IMG/VR virus record: IMGVR_UViG_3300010340_000454
Coordinates: 50,430 to 114,429 of that record
From: a virus
Taxonomy: Duplodnaviria > Caudoviricetes
DNA: 64,000 nucleotides
Reading direction: 5' to 3' (one strand)
The position numbers were made by a program, and so were the translations under genes. This document shows, one piece after another, positions 46,577 through 55,720 of this stretch. Position 1 is the first letter of the stretch; the number at the start of each line of letters is the position of its first letter. A model generated the notes under the pieces. That model saw only the letters and a list, made by a program, of their open reading frames with translations. It did no database searches and was not told where the DNA came from.

Positions 46577-48703
46577 ATGCCAAGCATTAAAGCAGACTTG
46601 AGCCTACCTTCTGTAATAGCTAAGATGGGTTACTCATATAACCCTAAAAATTCTATTTATCAAGTAAAAGGGTTTACGGGGTTTCATCAAAAAACTGGCG
46701 GATCTTCTCTATGCCATAGCCATACAATAGATGCTATAAAGAAAAGACGTAACGTTAACGACGCCATAGTTTTTCTTGGCCTTAAAGTAGGCCAGACTTC
46801 AAGACTCGGCAACACAGTAGCCCATTCAATTCTTGTAGATTCTTCAGGTAACGTTGTAGCTGACAACAATGTAGGCTCCAATCTTGAGGGGTACTATAAA
46901 AAAGACATAGGGTATTTCATTAAAGGAACCGACGTTATGTTATACAAAGACCTTGCCTACGTACCTGTGAAAAAATTCCTAGAGATGACACAGCTTAGTC
47001 ACCGAACGGAAGAAGTCTCTAAAGTTCTTCCTGAAGTATTGGACGACGCTTTAAAAAACCTATACCTTATATTCGCTTATTCTTTTGCTCCGTATGATGA
47101 GCAAACTAATAAGTCTATCAGGCCTATCCCTAAGGCGTTGACAGACGCCTCTAAAAAGTGGGATGCGAATACGGCAAAATTTCTAACCCAGTTTGGTATT
47201 CCTAAGGCCCCTATTGCTAAAGTTTTGAAGGCGGCTAGGGACAACGCTGTTTTTACTAATGATTTGGACCAGACGGTTAGTACCATAGGCGTAGCCTTAT
47301 TTAAAGCACGCCCTAATCTGGACAAAGACATTTCGATACCTGCAGAAAAACTTTCTATGTTGAAGGACCTAGGCTCTGCTTTCCGCAGCAACTCCACCGG
47401 TGCAGTATCTCGACTGGAAAGAAGAGTAGCATTACTGAAAGATAGCAACCTAACCTCTTTGTTCACTATAGCAGAGGTAGCACCTGCTTCTTCGGACGAT
47501 CAAAAAGCGGTGTTTGACGCTATTAAAAAGTTGACTAAGAAGTATGCCCGCGTTTCGACTGACAAGCTTAGTGCCGCAGATGAAGCGGAAATGAAGTTAA
47601 AGCACCCAGAGCAGGCCAAAGAATACCGCAGGTTGCGTACCCAAGCTAGAAAGATTTATGAGAATTTCGTCCGCGACTACGTGCGCCGCTCCGGCCGCCC
47701 TTACGTTCCGTATGAAGAACTGATGAAGGCACTTACTAAAAGTCGCATCGTTAATAGCCTCCCGACAGGTTTCGTTGGTAACATAGACGAACACCTGAAT
47801 CTAGTTACGCTGGCAGGAAAAGTTATCCAAGGAACTGCGGTTTCTGAAGTCATTATGAACCCTAAGTATGACCCTGAAACTGACGACACCTATGTTTTCA
47901 AGGCTAAAGGGCCTGCCGGTACAAACAATATCTACACGTTGGATTATATTGCTGAGAAACGCGGTGCGCGTAAGGAAGAAAAACTTGGGGACATGGAAGA
48001 AAACTCAGCTAAGTACAGAGGCAAGTGGCTGCGTGACTTGGCCATGGGAGGAGAGAGCCGCAACCGTATCATGGCGGCCGAAGTGGAGATTATTTACATC
48101 ACTGCTGCGCGTACAGGCAACCCAGGCAACGCCACTATTGATAGAGCAACTGGCGAGACTATCCCGACACATGGGATCACAACCTTGAAAGTTAAGCACG
48201 TTGTTCCTTATCAAGGCGGGTACCGTATTTCTTACGATGGTAAAAAGCTATCTGCAAATGACTACATGATTCTGCCTAAGACTCCTACTAATAAGCGTAT
48301 CATTAAAATTATTGATGAAATGCGCGAAGGTAAGGAAGCCAATGATCCGCTGTGGACTTTCCAAGGAAAAACTATTCCTACCCTGGCGGTAGCAAATTAT
48401 TTCAAGAGTTTAGGTGCTAAGGCTACCTTGCATACTATTAGACACATGCTAGGTACTAAGCTGGCACGAGAAATTCTGAAAGGCTCGCCTTTAAAGAAAG
48501 GCACCGTTACGCAATCCGCTGCCGAGAAGTGGTACAAGGAAGCTTTGATAAAGGTTGGTGAAGCTCTTAGCCATACCACAGGCAGCAAGCCTACAAGCAT
48601 TACAGCTATCAAGAGTTATATTTCCCCAACGCTTCAGATTGAATTCTTTAAGAAACTCGGCCTTAGAACACCTGCGTGGTTACAAATTAAAGGACGCTCC
48701 TGA
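46577..48703 (+). CDS. DNA topoisomerase IB-like protein with long N-terminal extension
   Basis: AARTGN (R), HGITTLKVKHV, YDGK (K), HTIRHMLGT (R), LSHT (H) and KSYISP (Y) form the Topo IB pentad. Confidence 0.82.
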   Translation: MPSIKADLSLPSVIAKMGYSYNPKNSIYQVKGFTGFHQKTGGSSLCHSHTIDAIKKRRNVNDAIVFLGLKVGQTSRLGNTVAHSILVDSSGNVVADNNVGSNLEGYYKKDIGYFIKGTDVMLYKDLAYVPVKKFLEMTQLSHRTEEVSKVLPEVLDDALKNLYLIFAYSFAPYDEQTNKSIRPIPKALTDASKKWDANTAKFLTQFGIPKAPIAKVLKAARDNAVFTNDLDQTVSTIGVALFKARPNLDKDISIPAEKLSMLKDLGSAFRSNSTGAVSRLERRVALLKDSNLTSLFTIAEVAPASSDDQKAVFDAIKKLTKKYARVSTDKLSAADEAEMKLKHPEQAKEYRRLRTQARKIYENFVRDYVRRSGRPYVPYEELMKALTKSRIVNSLPTGFVGNIDEHLNLVTLAGKVIQGTAVSEVIMNPKYDPETDDTYVFKAKGPAGTNNIYTLDYIAEKRGARKEEKLGDMEENSAKYRGKWLRDLAMGGESRNRIMAAEVEIIYITAARTGNPGNATIDRATGETIPTHGITTLKVKHVVPYQGGYRISYDGKKLSANDYMILPKTPTNKRIIKIIDEMREGKEANDPLWTFQGKTIPTLAVANYFKSLGAKATLHTIRHMLGTKLAREILKGSPLKKGTVTQSAAEKWYKEALIKVGEALSHTTGSKPTSITAIKSYISPTLQIEFFKKLGLRTPAWLQIKGRS

Positions 48704-49014
48704 TGAAAAGCCTAAAGGTCACATCAACCGTAACAACCGATCTAGACTGGCAGCCACACGTTGTTGTGGCTGACTACAACAGTTTACCTATTTCTTGCAA
48801 GGAAGAATTGTTTGCTTGTATGTATAGGGAAGAGAAAGAAAAAATAGGATTAGAGATTGCTTCGTGCAGACAACCTGTGGCTACGCTTGTGTACAAAGAA
48901 AATAAGTTAGTTGGGTGGGCACTGAAGGCAGGCGACAAGGTAGTAGCATCTAAAGTACTAGGATCGGAAAAACAATCTTTGGAAGTAACCGAAGCCTTAG
49001 GCATTGAAAAATAA
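48703..49014 (+). CDS. Hypothetical protein with type-2 leader (MKSLKVTSTV...VVVAD)
   Basis: Coupled ORF; N-terminus similar to that of 45456. Confidence 0.55.
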   Translation: MKSLKVTSTVTTDLDWQPHVVVADYNSLPISCKEELFACMYREEKEKIGLEIASCRQPVATLVYKENKLVGWALKAGDKVVASKVLGSEKQSLEVTEALGIEK

Positions 49015-49032
49015 CAGTATAGAGGAATCATC

Positions 49033-50865
49033 ATGTCAGACAACGCTTTAGACGCAGGCTTCAACCTCAGGCTTAACCCAGTTAAGGTTCCTCTAGGCAC
49101 GGTGTATCAATTCAGTACACCTTCTGGTATTGTTACGCTTACTTGCGGTGGTCCTAACGGGGAAGCTGTTGTCTATACAATAACAGATAAAATGCTTAAG
49201 CAAAAAGCGGCAGGTAATCTTATTATAACGGAACTTGCTGACCCTGTAGTCCCAGGATTATCTTCTGGCGGCGTATCTGATGGTGGCGTATCTAGTGGTG
49301 GTAGTGCTGTTATTCCGTGGGACTTGACGGGAGTCGAGGCACCTGCGGCTATTACTCTTGCCACGTTACCTCCAGAGTTTCCATACACCAATACCGCAGT
49401 TATAAACGGCTCTGCGTATGAACTGACCCTTACAAAGGCCTCCGCTGGGTTCGAGGTCGCGCTTGGTGTTGTCCACCTAGCCGATATTGGACTGACCGGG
49501 AAGCAGTATTTCGAGTGGGTTGCGTGGGCCGCTACCGGGGCTTCTATGTCGCTTCAAGCGATCTATATTGGCACGTCGTTAGGTGAAACCCCAGTGATTG
49601 CCATCGGGCTGGACCAGGACGGGCTGAAGGTTGCTACCTCCACTACCCCTGAGGTTCTCTTAGATGCTGGGTATGAGGCAGGTGATTACGTTCGCGTGTA
49701 CATCGACGTGGAAGCTGGCGATGTGTTTGTACAGACCGCCAACATAGGCGTGGTGCAAGTTGGTTCTGGATTGTCGCTTACCGGGCTGAAAATCTTGGGG
49801 ATGTCGCAACTCGTTGCCCAAGCCGCAGGTTCATACACACTCACAACCAACCTTGGTCCTGACCTTTTTGGTTCTGGGTTTGTTACTGAGAGCGGATACT
49901 CACCTATAACCAAAAAAATCATAGGTCTGCCAGCAGAAGCTGCGGTTGGCGATGAACTTACTGTTGCTGTTGCTGGTACTTTTGATGGTGTTCAGTATGG
50001 TATCGGGGACGGAGCGACAGTAGTTTCCGTTGAGCCTCCATCGGTTACACCGAAGGGTGCCACGTCTGCCCAAGTTGCAGCTATGGAAGCAATCCTATCC
50101 ATTACAGCGCCACGAGCAAACGCCAGAACAGCAGCGTTTTCTAACATATTGGTCGAGCCGGACACGACCAATATACTTACTGTGGGGTCTTACACAAGAG
50201 GGTATTTTCTTGATTACAGCGCAATGGGCGGAGATGTAGATGGTGCCCATAGTATACAACTGTTTAATAAAACCAACTCTTTTGCGCCCGGAGAGGAAAC
50301 AGCCTATGCTGGGCAGGTAGTGGAGTTCATCCGCATAGACGGGGGAATTGACCCTGTTGTGGTTGAGTTTAGTGATACTTCGGTAACTCCATCCAAGACT
50401 GTTGCGATCGTCAATCTCCTCCAAGGAGATAAGGTAGCCGTCCAGTATTTTGGTGGAGATATTGGTTTTGTTCCCTATGACGAAGGGGTGCAGCAGGACA
50501 CTGCTGAAGTCAAGCAGTGCATCCCCATGGCATGTTCTGATGAGACAACCAATCTAACAACTGGGTTAAAGCTCACCTTCAGAATGCCTTATGCAATGAC
50601 TCTTACAGAGGTGAGAGCGTCGTTTACTGCATTCAATCTCTCTGCATCATCCATCGTTGACATACATTGTAATGAGGTTTCTATTTTCACTCTTGGAAAC
50701 TTGCTGACAATTGACCCTGAGGAATACTCATCGGTTACTGGAACCCCTTATGAGTTCGATGACAACTATCTACCGGACAATAGTAAGATTGAGGTGTATT
50801 TGACTGATATTGGTGCGGGCACCCCTAAAGGACTGAAAGTATATTTGATTGGAGTGGCAGGATAA
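49033..50865 (+). CDS. Putative fibre/receptor-binding adaptor protein (mosaic)
   Basis: Beta-rich; C-terminal ACSDETT..TG.K.TFRMP.....EVRAS...KGLKVYLIG domain of phage tail proteins. Confidence 0.6.
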   Translation: MSDNALDAGFNLRLNPVKVPLGTVYQFSTPSGIVTLTCGGPNGEAVVYTITDKMLKQKAAGNLIITELADPVVPGLSSGGVSDGGVSSGGSAVIPWDLTGVEAPAAITLATLPPEFPYTNTAVINGSAYELTLTKASAGFEVALGVVHLADIGLTGKQYFEWVAWAATGASMSLQAIYIGTSLGETPVIAIGLDQDGLKVATSTTPEVLLDAGYEAGDYVRVYIDVEAGDVFVQTANIGVVQVGSGLSLTGLKILGMSQLVAQAAGSYTLTTNLGPDLFGSGFVTESGYSPITKKIIGLPAEAAVGDELTVAVAGTFDGVQYGIGDGATVVSVEPPSVTPKGATSAQVAAMEAILSITAPRANARTAAFSNILVEPDTTNILTVGSYTRGYFLDYSAMGGDVDGAHSIQLFNKTNSFAPGEETAYAGQVVEFIRIDGGIDPVVVEFSDTSVTPSKTVAIVNLLQGDKVAVQYFGGDIGFVPYDEGVQQDTAEVKQCIPMACSDETTNLTTGLKLTFRMPYAMTLTEVRASFTAFNLSASSIVDIHCNEVSIFTLGNLLTIDPEEYSSVTGTPYEFDDNYLPDNSKIEVYLTDIGAGTPKGLKVYLIGVAG

Positions 50866-51362
50866 TGCTTCTTAATCCTTATAGGTTTATAAACCCCCTC
50901 TCTCCGCCTGAAATCGCACGTTATTGGAGGATACTGATTCTAGGTGCAAATGGGGCTGGTTTCGTAGAAATAAATGAATTGAAAATGAAAGAAACTGAAG
51001 TTGGAGGATATGTACAGGGAGGTGGTAACGACCTGATTCAGTCGAGCCAAGCTATCCCAGCGTTTTATGCGTTTGATGGTGGATATTACGGCCCATCAAC
51101 CGTTTGGAGGTCAGCAGGAAACCCCGCATCCGCTCCCGAGTACATTGGTAAAGACTTCAACACTTATGGGGCAACTGCCGTAAGCCCAGCAGGTAAAAGA
51201 AAAGTTAGCATTTTCGAAGTACAAGCAGGAAGCAACATTGCCGCGACCCCAAAGGATTTTAATTTTCAGTTTTCAGATGACTTTACGACATGGGAAACGG
51301 TTTATGAGGCGCGTGGACTAACAGACTGGGTGATAAACGAAACGAAAATATTTACGGTATGA
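50865..51362 (+). CDS. Discoidin/F5-8C-like carbohydrate-binding protein
   Basis: MLLNPYRF start; RYWRI, AFYAFDG and PKDF.FQ.SDD..TW.TV motifs. Confidence 0.65.
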   Translation: MLLNPYRFINPLSPPEIARYWRILILGANGAGFVEINELKMKETEVGGYVQGGGNDLIQSSQAIPAFYAFDGGYYGPSTVWRSAGNPASAPEYIGKDFNTYGATAVSPAGKRKVSIFEVQAGSNIAATPKDFNFQFSDDFTTWETVYEARGLTDWVINETKIFTV

Positions 51363-51368
51363 ATCTAA

Positions 51369-51506
51369 ATAGGCACTTATGATGCCGTAGGTGGGCATAA
51401 GTCAGTACATCTAATGATTAGCTCATCAGGAACGATGAATTTCTATGGCCCTACCACAATACCTGATGGCTCTGAGACTTCTATAAATGCTCACTACATA
51501 AAGTGA
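51369..51506 (+). pseudogene. Startless 45-codon fibre-like C-terminal remnant
   Basis: IGTYDAVGGHKSVHLMISSSGTMNFYGPTTIPDGSETSINAHYIK* ends just before the terminator. Confidence 0.4.
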
Positions 51507-51512
51507 TGCAGC

Positions 51513-51542
51513 ACCTAGGCAGCCTTTTACTGCCTAGGTTTT
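51513..51542 (+). terminator. Rho-independent terminator
   Basis: ACCTAGGCAG-CCTTTTA-CTGCCTAGGT-TTT. Confidence 0.7.
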
Positions 51543-51575
51543 AATAGCGCAACAGGAAGTACGCAGGTAAATAAC

Positions 51576-51845
51576 ATGAAGCCACACGGTTACGTATTCA
51601 TGGTTTTACTCTCGCTAGACAGACTTCTTAATGCCTTGTTGGGCGGACACCATTTAGAAACAATAAGCGGGCGTTTAGGTAAGCTAGAAGTTGAAGGAAA
51701 TAAAAAAGTTTGCATTTTTTGTAAGCTATTATCGCTGGTACTTTTTGATAAGCACCACTGTGTAAAGCAATACCGATGGGAGAGGTTAATGATTCATAAA
51801 GTTGAAGGCTTACGGGAGGAGTTCAAAGATGGTAAGCACGATTGA
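51576..51845 (+). CDS. Small phage protein (D.L.N.LLGG..ETIS.R family)
   Basis: Motif recognisable from phage tail/lysis regions. Confidence 0.6.
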   Translation: MKPHGYVFMVLLSLDRLLNALLGGHHLETISGRLGKLEVEGNKKVCIFCKLLSLVLFDKHHCVKQYRWERLMIHKVEGLREEFKDGKHD

Positions 51846-51876
51846 GGAAGGCTGGGAAATTTAACAGAGTAGGGCC

Positions 51877-51922
51877 AAAAAAAGGGGGGAGTGGATTTTT
51901 TGTCCACTCCCCCTTTTTTTTT
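51877..51922. terminator. Bidirectional terminator at the convergence of the + and - gene blocks
   Basis: A7-GGGGGGAGTGGA-loop-TCCACTCCCCC-T9. Confidence 0.9.
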
Positions 51923-52015
51923 GTTTTGACAGAACTAACCCTATCTATAGAAAATGCTCGTTTATAGAGAAACCCGTACCAGATTTTTTACTATTTCTGT
52001 TAGCTGAGGTGTCCT

Positions 52016-52435
52016 CTAAAGTTTGTACACCGTACACTTCACAAGCTGATTAAATACCTTGATGAAAAAAGAAAACATTTCATCACGAGCCTGAAAAGGA
52101 ATAACTACAGATTCTCTGTGCTTTCGGCTAAGCCCTCTTGTTGCGGTACGAAAGAAAAATATGGTGTAAGTGTCAGGCTCATTTTCTCGAAACACCGACA
52201 TGTGGCCAGAGTACATGCCCTTATGAATATACTTTCGTAGAAAAATTCTCTGTTCTTGCCTAGCAATCATTTTATAGAGGTTGTCTTCCGCGTCTTCTAT
52301 AGATGCCACCTTTTTTGAAAATACAAGCTGATTAGTTGGGGCTTTAGTCACTCTAGCCTGCAATTCCTTTTTTGAATTTATGAAAGTTGTAAGTGTAAAC
52401 AAACCTTCTTTAACAACCCTTAGTTGCCTGTCCAT
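52016..52435 (-). CDS. Hypothetical protein
   Basis: ORF in the - strand block. Confidence 0.55.
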   Translation of the reverse strand: MDRQLRVVKEGLFTLTTFINSKKELQARVTKAPTNQLVFSKKVASIEDAEDNLYKMIARQEQRIFLRKYIHKGMYSGHMSVFRENEPDTYTIFFFRTATRGLSRKHRESVVIPFQARDEMFSFFIKVFNQLVKCTVYKL

Positions 52436-52438
52436 AGC

Positions 52439-52906
52439 TTAATGCTCCTTGAATACATCAGCAAATTTGTATTCCAGATAGCCGTCCTCAGTTCGGACAG
52501 TAGTAGGGCGGTCGTCGTTAGCGAACCATCTAATATCTAAATCGTTTGTGGAATGTATGATTACGGGAACGGAGTAAAAGCCAAGCTCTCTGAGCATACG
52601 TGTACGGTGTCTGCCTTCATGTGCAATGACTTGGCAAATGTCCTCTTCGTACTTGACCTTAAACTTTTTGTTGTCCTTACGGATTGTATCAATCCATAGG
52701 TATGGGATATCAGGAAATCGTTCTCCTGACTTTACGAAGTCTCTAACGCGCTCTTCCTTATGGTCACCGTGACCTGTTCTGGCAAGGCCTAGAAAGTCGT
52801 CTGGGTGCATAAAGACAAGGCGTGATCTACGTGCGGGATTTATGGAGTTTGCTTGGGCAATTGCTATAGGGTCGAAGTAGTCTTCTACATTCTTACGCTT
52901 TTTCAT
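52439..52906 (-). CDS. ParB/sulfiredoxin-like nuclease-domain protein
   Basis: M.P.DFL.LA, P.L and HEGRHR...L..LG...VPV motifs. Confidence 0.6.
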   Translation of the reverse strand: MKKRKNVEDYFDPIAIAQANSINPARRSRLVFMHPDDFLGLARTGHGDHKEERVRDFVKSGERFPDIPYLWIDTIRKDNKKFKVKYEEDICQVIAHEGRHRTRMLRELGFYSVPVIIHSTNDLDIRWFANDDRPTTVRTEDGYLEYKFADVFKEH

Positions 52907-52940
52907 AGTAGCAGTCCTTAGACAACATTGAGCATGTATA

Positions 52941-53429
52941 TTATACAGCAGTTTTATCAGTAATGCAAGTACTCTTTTTATCGCGCTTTTCTTGCTTTCT
53001 TTCCTCTTTAGTTTGGAAGTTGAACTGAGTTGTTGGGTTTCCTACAAACTTAATTCCTGCTTGTGTAAGGATGTTTTCAACATTCTCCACAAAGAAATTT
53101 TCCATTTGTTCCTTAAGTATGCAAACCTCATATAGGTCTACAATAACATCTTCCAAAACTACGCGAACAATGTGTTCGTTCCCTTTACCTGGCACCAGTT
53201 TTACAGCGCAGGAAAATCCGTTATCAAATGAAACTCCGCAGTAAAAGACTTTCCTTTTCTTCCATAGATACGCATAGAAATACCGCAAAGCTTCCTCAAC
53301 GTCGGCAACCCTTTTGATTTTTATATGGAATGGATGCCCGTGAGGTGAGTAGAACGCTGTTAGTATAGAATCCTTCTCTCTAACAATTATATTGTAGCCG
53401 CCTGCTTTTTGTTTTAAAACTTTTCCCAC
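52941..53429 (-). CDS. Hypothetical protein
   Basis: ORF with GTG start. Confidence 0.5.
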   Translation of the reverse strand: MGKVLKQKAGGYNIIVREKDSILTAFYSPHGHPFHIKIKRVADVEEALRYFYAYLWKKRKVFYCGVSFDNGFSCAVKLVPGKGNEHIVRVVLEDVIVDLYEVCILKEQMENFFVENVENILTQAGIKFVGNPTTQFNFQTKEERKQEKRDKKSTCITDKTAV

Positions 53430-53467
53430 TCTGGAGGTCCTTACTCTAGACTCTATTTTATAGGAGA

Positions 53468-53493
53468 GCCGGAGTAAAAATTTTTACTCCGGC
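53468..53493. repeat. Perfect 26-bp palindrome
   Basis: GCCGGAGTAAAAA|TTTTTACTCCGGC. Confidence 0.9.
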
Positions 53494-53506
53494 AGTACCG
53501 CGCAAC

Positions 53507-54325
53507 TTACACTTGACCTACTATTACCTCACAACATTGTTCTACAGTGTCTGTCTGGTTCGGTGTGGTCTGTGCAAAACGCAACTTTTCTTTTCGTGCG
53601 AGTTCCAACTGCAACCGGCGATCACGTAGCCAGGGCTTCCACAGAGGAGGAAGAACAATTTCTGTCCAACGCGCTGTAATGGCGTTTCTGATAGTGTCTG
53701 AGCGCGTCTGGGAATGCCATTGGCCTTGCGCGTCCAAAAGCTGTACTCGGATACTGTGGTAGGTTGCGATTTCAAAGTATGGGATAATGTCCTTGTACCG
53801 TGCAAAGATATTAGACACAACTACATTCTTTCCCTCTAGAAGGGCAACCTCTGTCTGGGCGTGGCACTCCAGCGCGGCTTGCTTCATTGCCTTACCGCTC
53901 ACTGCAACTTTATCCTGCAATAGGGCATCAATTTCGATATGAACGGCGTTATCTAGCCCTTTAGCCAGCGCTTGTGCGAGCGTGGTCTTACCTGAACCCG
54001 GAAGTCCTCGAATAATACGCAGAACATTCGTAGGCCAAACGCGGTTTTCTTTACTGGCGTTCTTCAGGTGTGCGGCGTCCAACAACTCTTGGTAGCGCTT
54101 GCCCTTTTCAAGAAGTGTTCCTTCCTGTGTAATATACCCAAGGTCGTATGCGGCTTCTACGGCCTCTTTTGCATCACGCTCTGAAACCGAAAAGAGAGTT
54201 TCCACACCTTGGCAAACCTGGTTGAGGTTAGAGGTTTCGTAATGATTGATGGAGCGCAACACATCCCGAATAGTAACAATGTGAGAGGCTAGCTTTGCGG
54301 GACGTTCTTTCTTAAGGTTTGTCAT
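53507..54325 (-). CDS. P-loop kinase (AAA_33/PNK-like) with N-terminal winged-helix-like domain
   Basis: IIRGLPGSGKTTLA and NVVVSNIF motifs. Confidence 0.75.
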   Translation of the reverse strand: MTNLKKERPAKLASHIVTIRDVLRSINHYETSNLNQVCQGVETLFSVSERDAKEAVEAAYDLGYITQEGTLLEKGKRYQELLDAAHLKNASKENRVWPTNVLRIIRGLPGSGKTTLAQALAKGLDNAVHIEIDALLQDKVAVSGKAMKQAALECHAQTEVALLEGKNVVVSNIFARYKDIIPYFEIATYHSIRVQLLDAQGQWHSQTRSDTIRNAITARWTEIVLPPLWKPWLRDRRLQLELARKEKLRFAQTTPNQTDTVEQCCEVIVGQV

Positions 54326-54438
54326 TCTATGTACCTTTAACTGTTGAGTTTGAATTATTTCCTTAGTGTCTTAACGCTAATAGGATAGAGGTAGCGCAGA
54401 CATTCATAGAATTTTTAGCCTTTTTGTGCGTAGGTTTT

Positions 54439-54594
54439 TCAGTTAGTGTTTTCTACATCTTCCTCAGTATTCTCCTCTATATAGTAGACTGCATTAAGGT
54501 TTCGGTCTAAGCCGTCGTGCGAGTCTAGCCCAAACCCATAAACGTACTTTCCTTCAGTTTCAAAACATACGTAGTCTGGCTCGGCAGCATTCGT
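54439..54594 (-). pseudogene. C-terminal remnant of hypoxanthine phosphoribosyltransferase (HPRT)
   Basis: Startless frame TNAAEPDYVCFETEGKYVYGFGLDSHDGLDRNLNAVYY matches the HPRT end motif DY.GF.....FV.GYGLD.....RNL. Confidence 0.7.
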
Positions 54595-54612
54595 CTAGGC
54601 ATAAAGACCTCA

Positions 54613-54939
54613 TTAGTGTGTTTGATTAGAAAAATCGTATATCTCATAGACCCCAGGCTTTATTTCATTGCCTGAGTAGCCTTGCAATGTCATAGGGCAG
54701 CTTTCTTTGCCTGGAAGAAGCTCCTCAGTGTCGGCACCCTCCGCGTAGATCGTATCCATCAAGATATAAAGGGCCATTTTGGCCTTCTCTAAGCAAGCTT
54801 CAGGTACGAAAATACTTAGATGGACAAGGCCTCTTTCGTTTCCATTAAACGTAACAAACTCTTTATATACAGCAAATCTAGGAGTTATTTTTCGCAATGC
54901 CTCTAGAACTTCTATAGATATTGACCTCATTCTGTCCAC
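54613..54939 (-). CDS. Hypothetical protein
   Basis: ORF. Confidence 0.5.
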   Translation of the reverse strand: MDRMRSISIEVLEALRKITPRFAVYKEFVTFNGNERGLVHLSIFVPEACLEKAKMALYILMDTIYAEGADTEELLPGKESCPMTLQGYSGNEIKPGVYEIYDFSNQTH

Positions 54940-55361
54940 ACCTTAAACCGGTCAATAGGATATCGGTAGAGTTCGTCTTTGTGAAAGCTTCCGTGGCGCT
55001 TAAACCCGTTTCTTTTATACCAATTCTTTAGTCGGTTTATCTTAACGTGAGGAAATAACTTCATAGCCATTAAACTTATTTTTACTCTGTTAAGGTCTGC
55101 TGCGTCCAGCACTAATCCAAGAAGAAAACTTCCTTTACCTGGCAAAGGGCATGACTCGTCAGACTCAACCATTAACAAGTGAAGCTCCTCGTCTTCCATC
55201 TTGAATAAGGAAGAATCAAAAGGTGCTAACAAAAGCCTTCCGATTCCTTCAAACTTAAATTCATAAACTTGACGATGGTCAACGCTCCACGTATCGCATA
55301 CTTCCTTCATAAAGTTTAGTAGTTTAGTATGCGACTCTGGCCTATACTTTTTGTTTGCCAT
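54927..55361 (-). CDS. GNAT-like acetyltransferase
   Basis: GKGS.LL..V...AD and L..WY.R.GF motifs. Confidence 0.6.
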   Translation of the reverse strand: MANKKYRPESHTKLLNFMKEVCDTWSVDHRQVYEFKFEGIGRLLLAPFDSSLFKMEDEELHLLMVESDESCPLPGKGSFLLGLVLDAADLNRVKISLMAMKLFPHVKINRLKNWYKRNGFKRHGSFHKDELYRYPIDRFKVWTE

Positions 55362-55465
55362 AGAGTGCCCTCAGATTAAACTGGGAAAGTATATTTTACC
55401 ATCCTTTAAAACACGCCTGCCCTAGGACTCTAGCTCGGGTTAAGGATCTGTTCGACTCACTTACT

Positions 55466-55720
55466 TTACAGTTTTCTCTTAGCCTTTTCTTTGTCTCGAA
55501 TTGCCTTACCACCGTTAATCTTTACCCTTTCTTTCTCTGTCTTCGCTTCTCTTAACGCTAAGTGGGTGGTAAGGCAATTCTTGTACAGCGTGTGTAGCTC
55601 CTTTAGGCGCTTTCGGTTTATAGAAGAATCCTCTTTCAAGTAGGCAGATACTGCTTTAGCGTAGTCTACAAGGAAGTCTGCATCCATGTAGAATAAGTTA
55701 CCTACCTTAAAGGCTTTCAA
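55466..55720 (-). CDS. Hypothetical protein
   Basis: ORF. Confidence 0.45.
   Translation of the reverse strand: MKAFKVGNLFYMDADFLVDYAKAVSAYLKEDSSINRKRLKELHTLYKNCLTTHLALREAKTEKERVKINGGKAIRDKEKAKRKL

Noticed and set aside
46577-48703. Integrase, or protelomerase acting on the 53468 palindrome
   Set aside because: Motifs (GITTL..KHV, YDGK, SYISP) fit Topo IB better, and the palindrome is about 5 kb away with no other support
55362-55465. Possible further gene scar (GRRVLKDGKIYFPSLI*) on the - strand
   Set aside because: Too short to assign to any family
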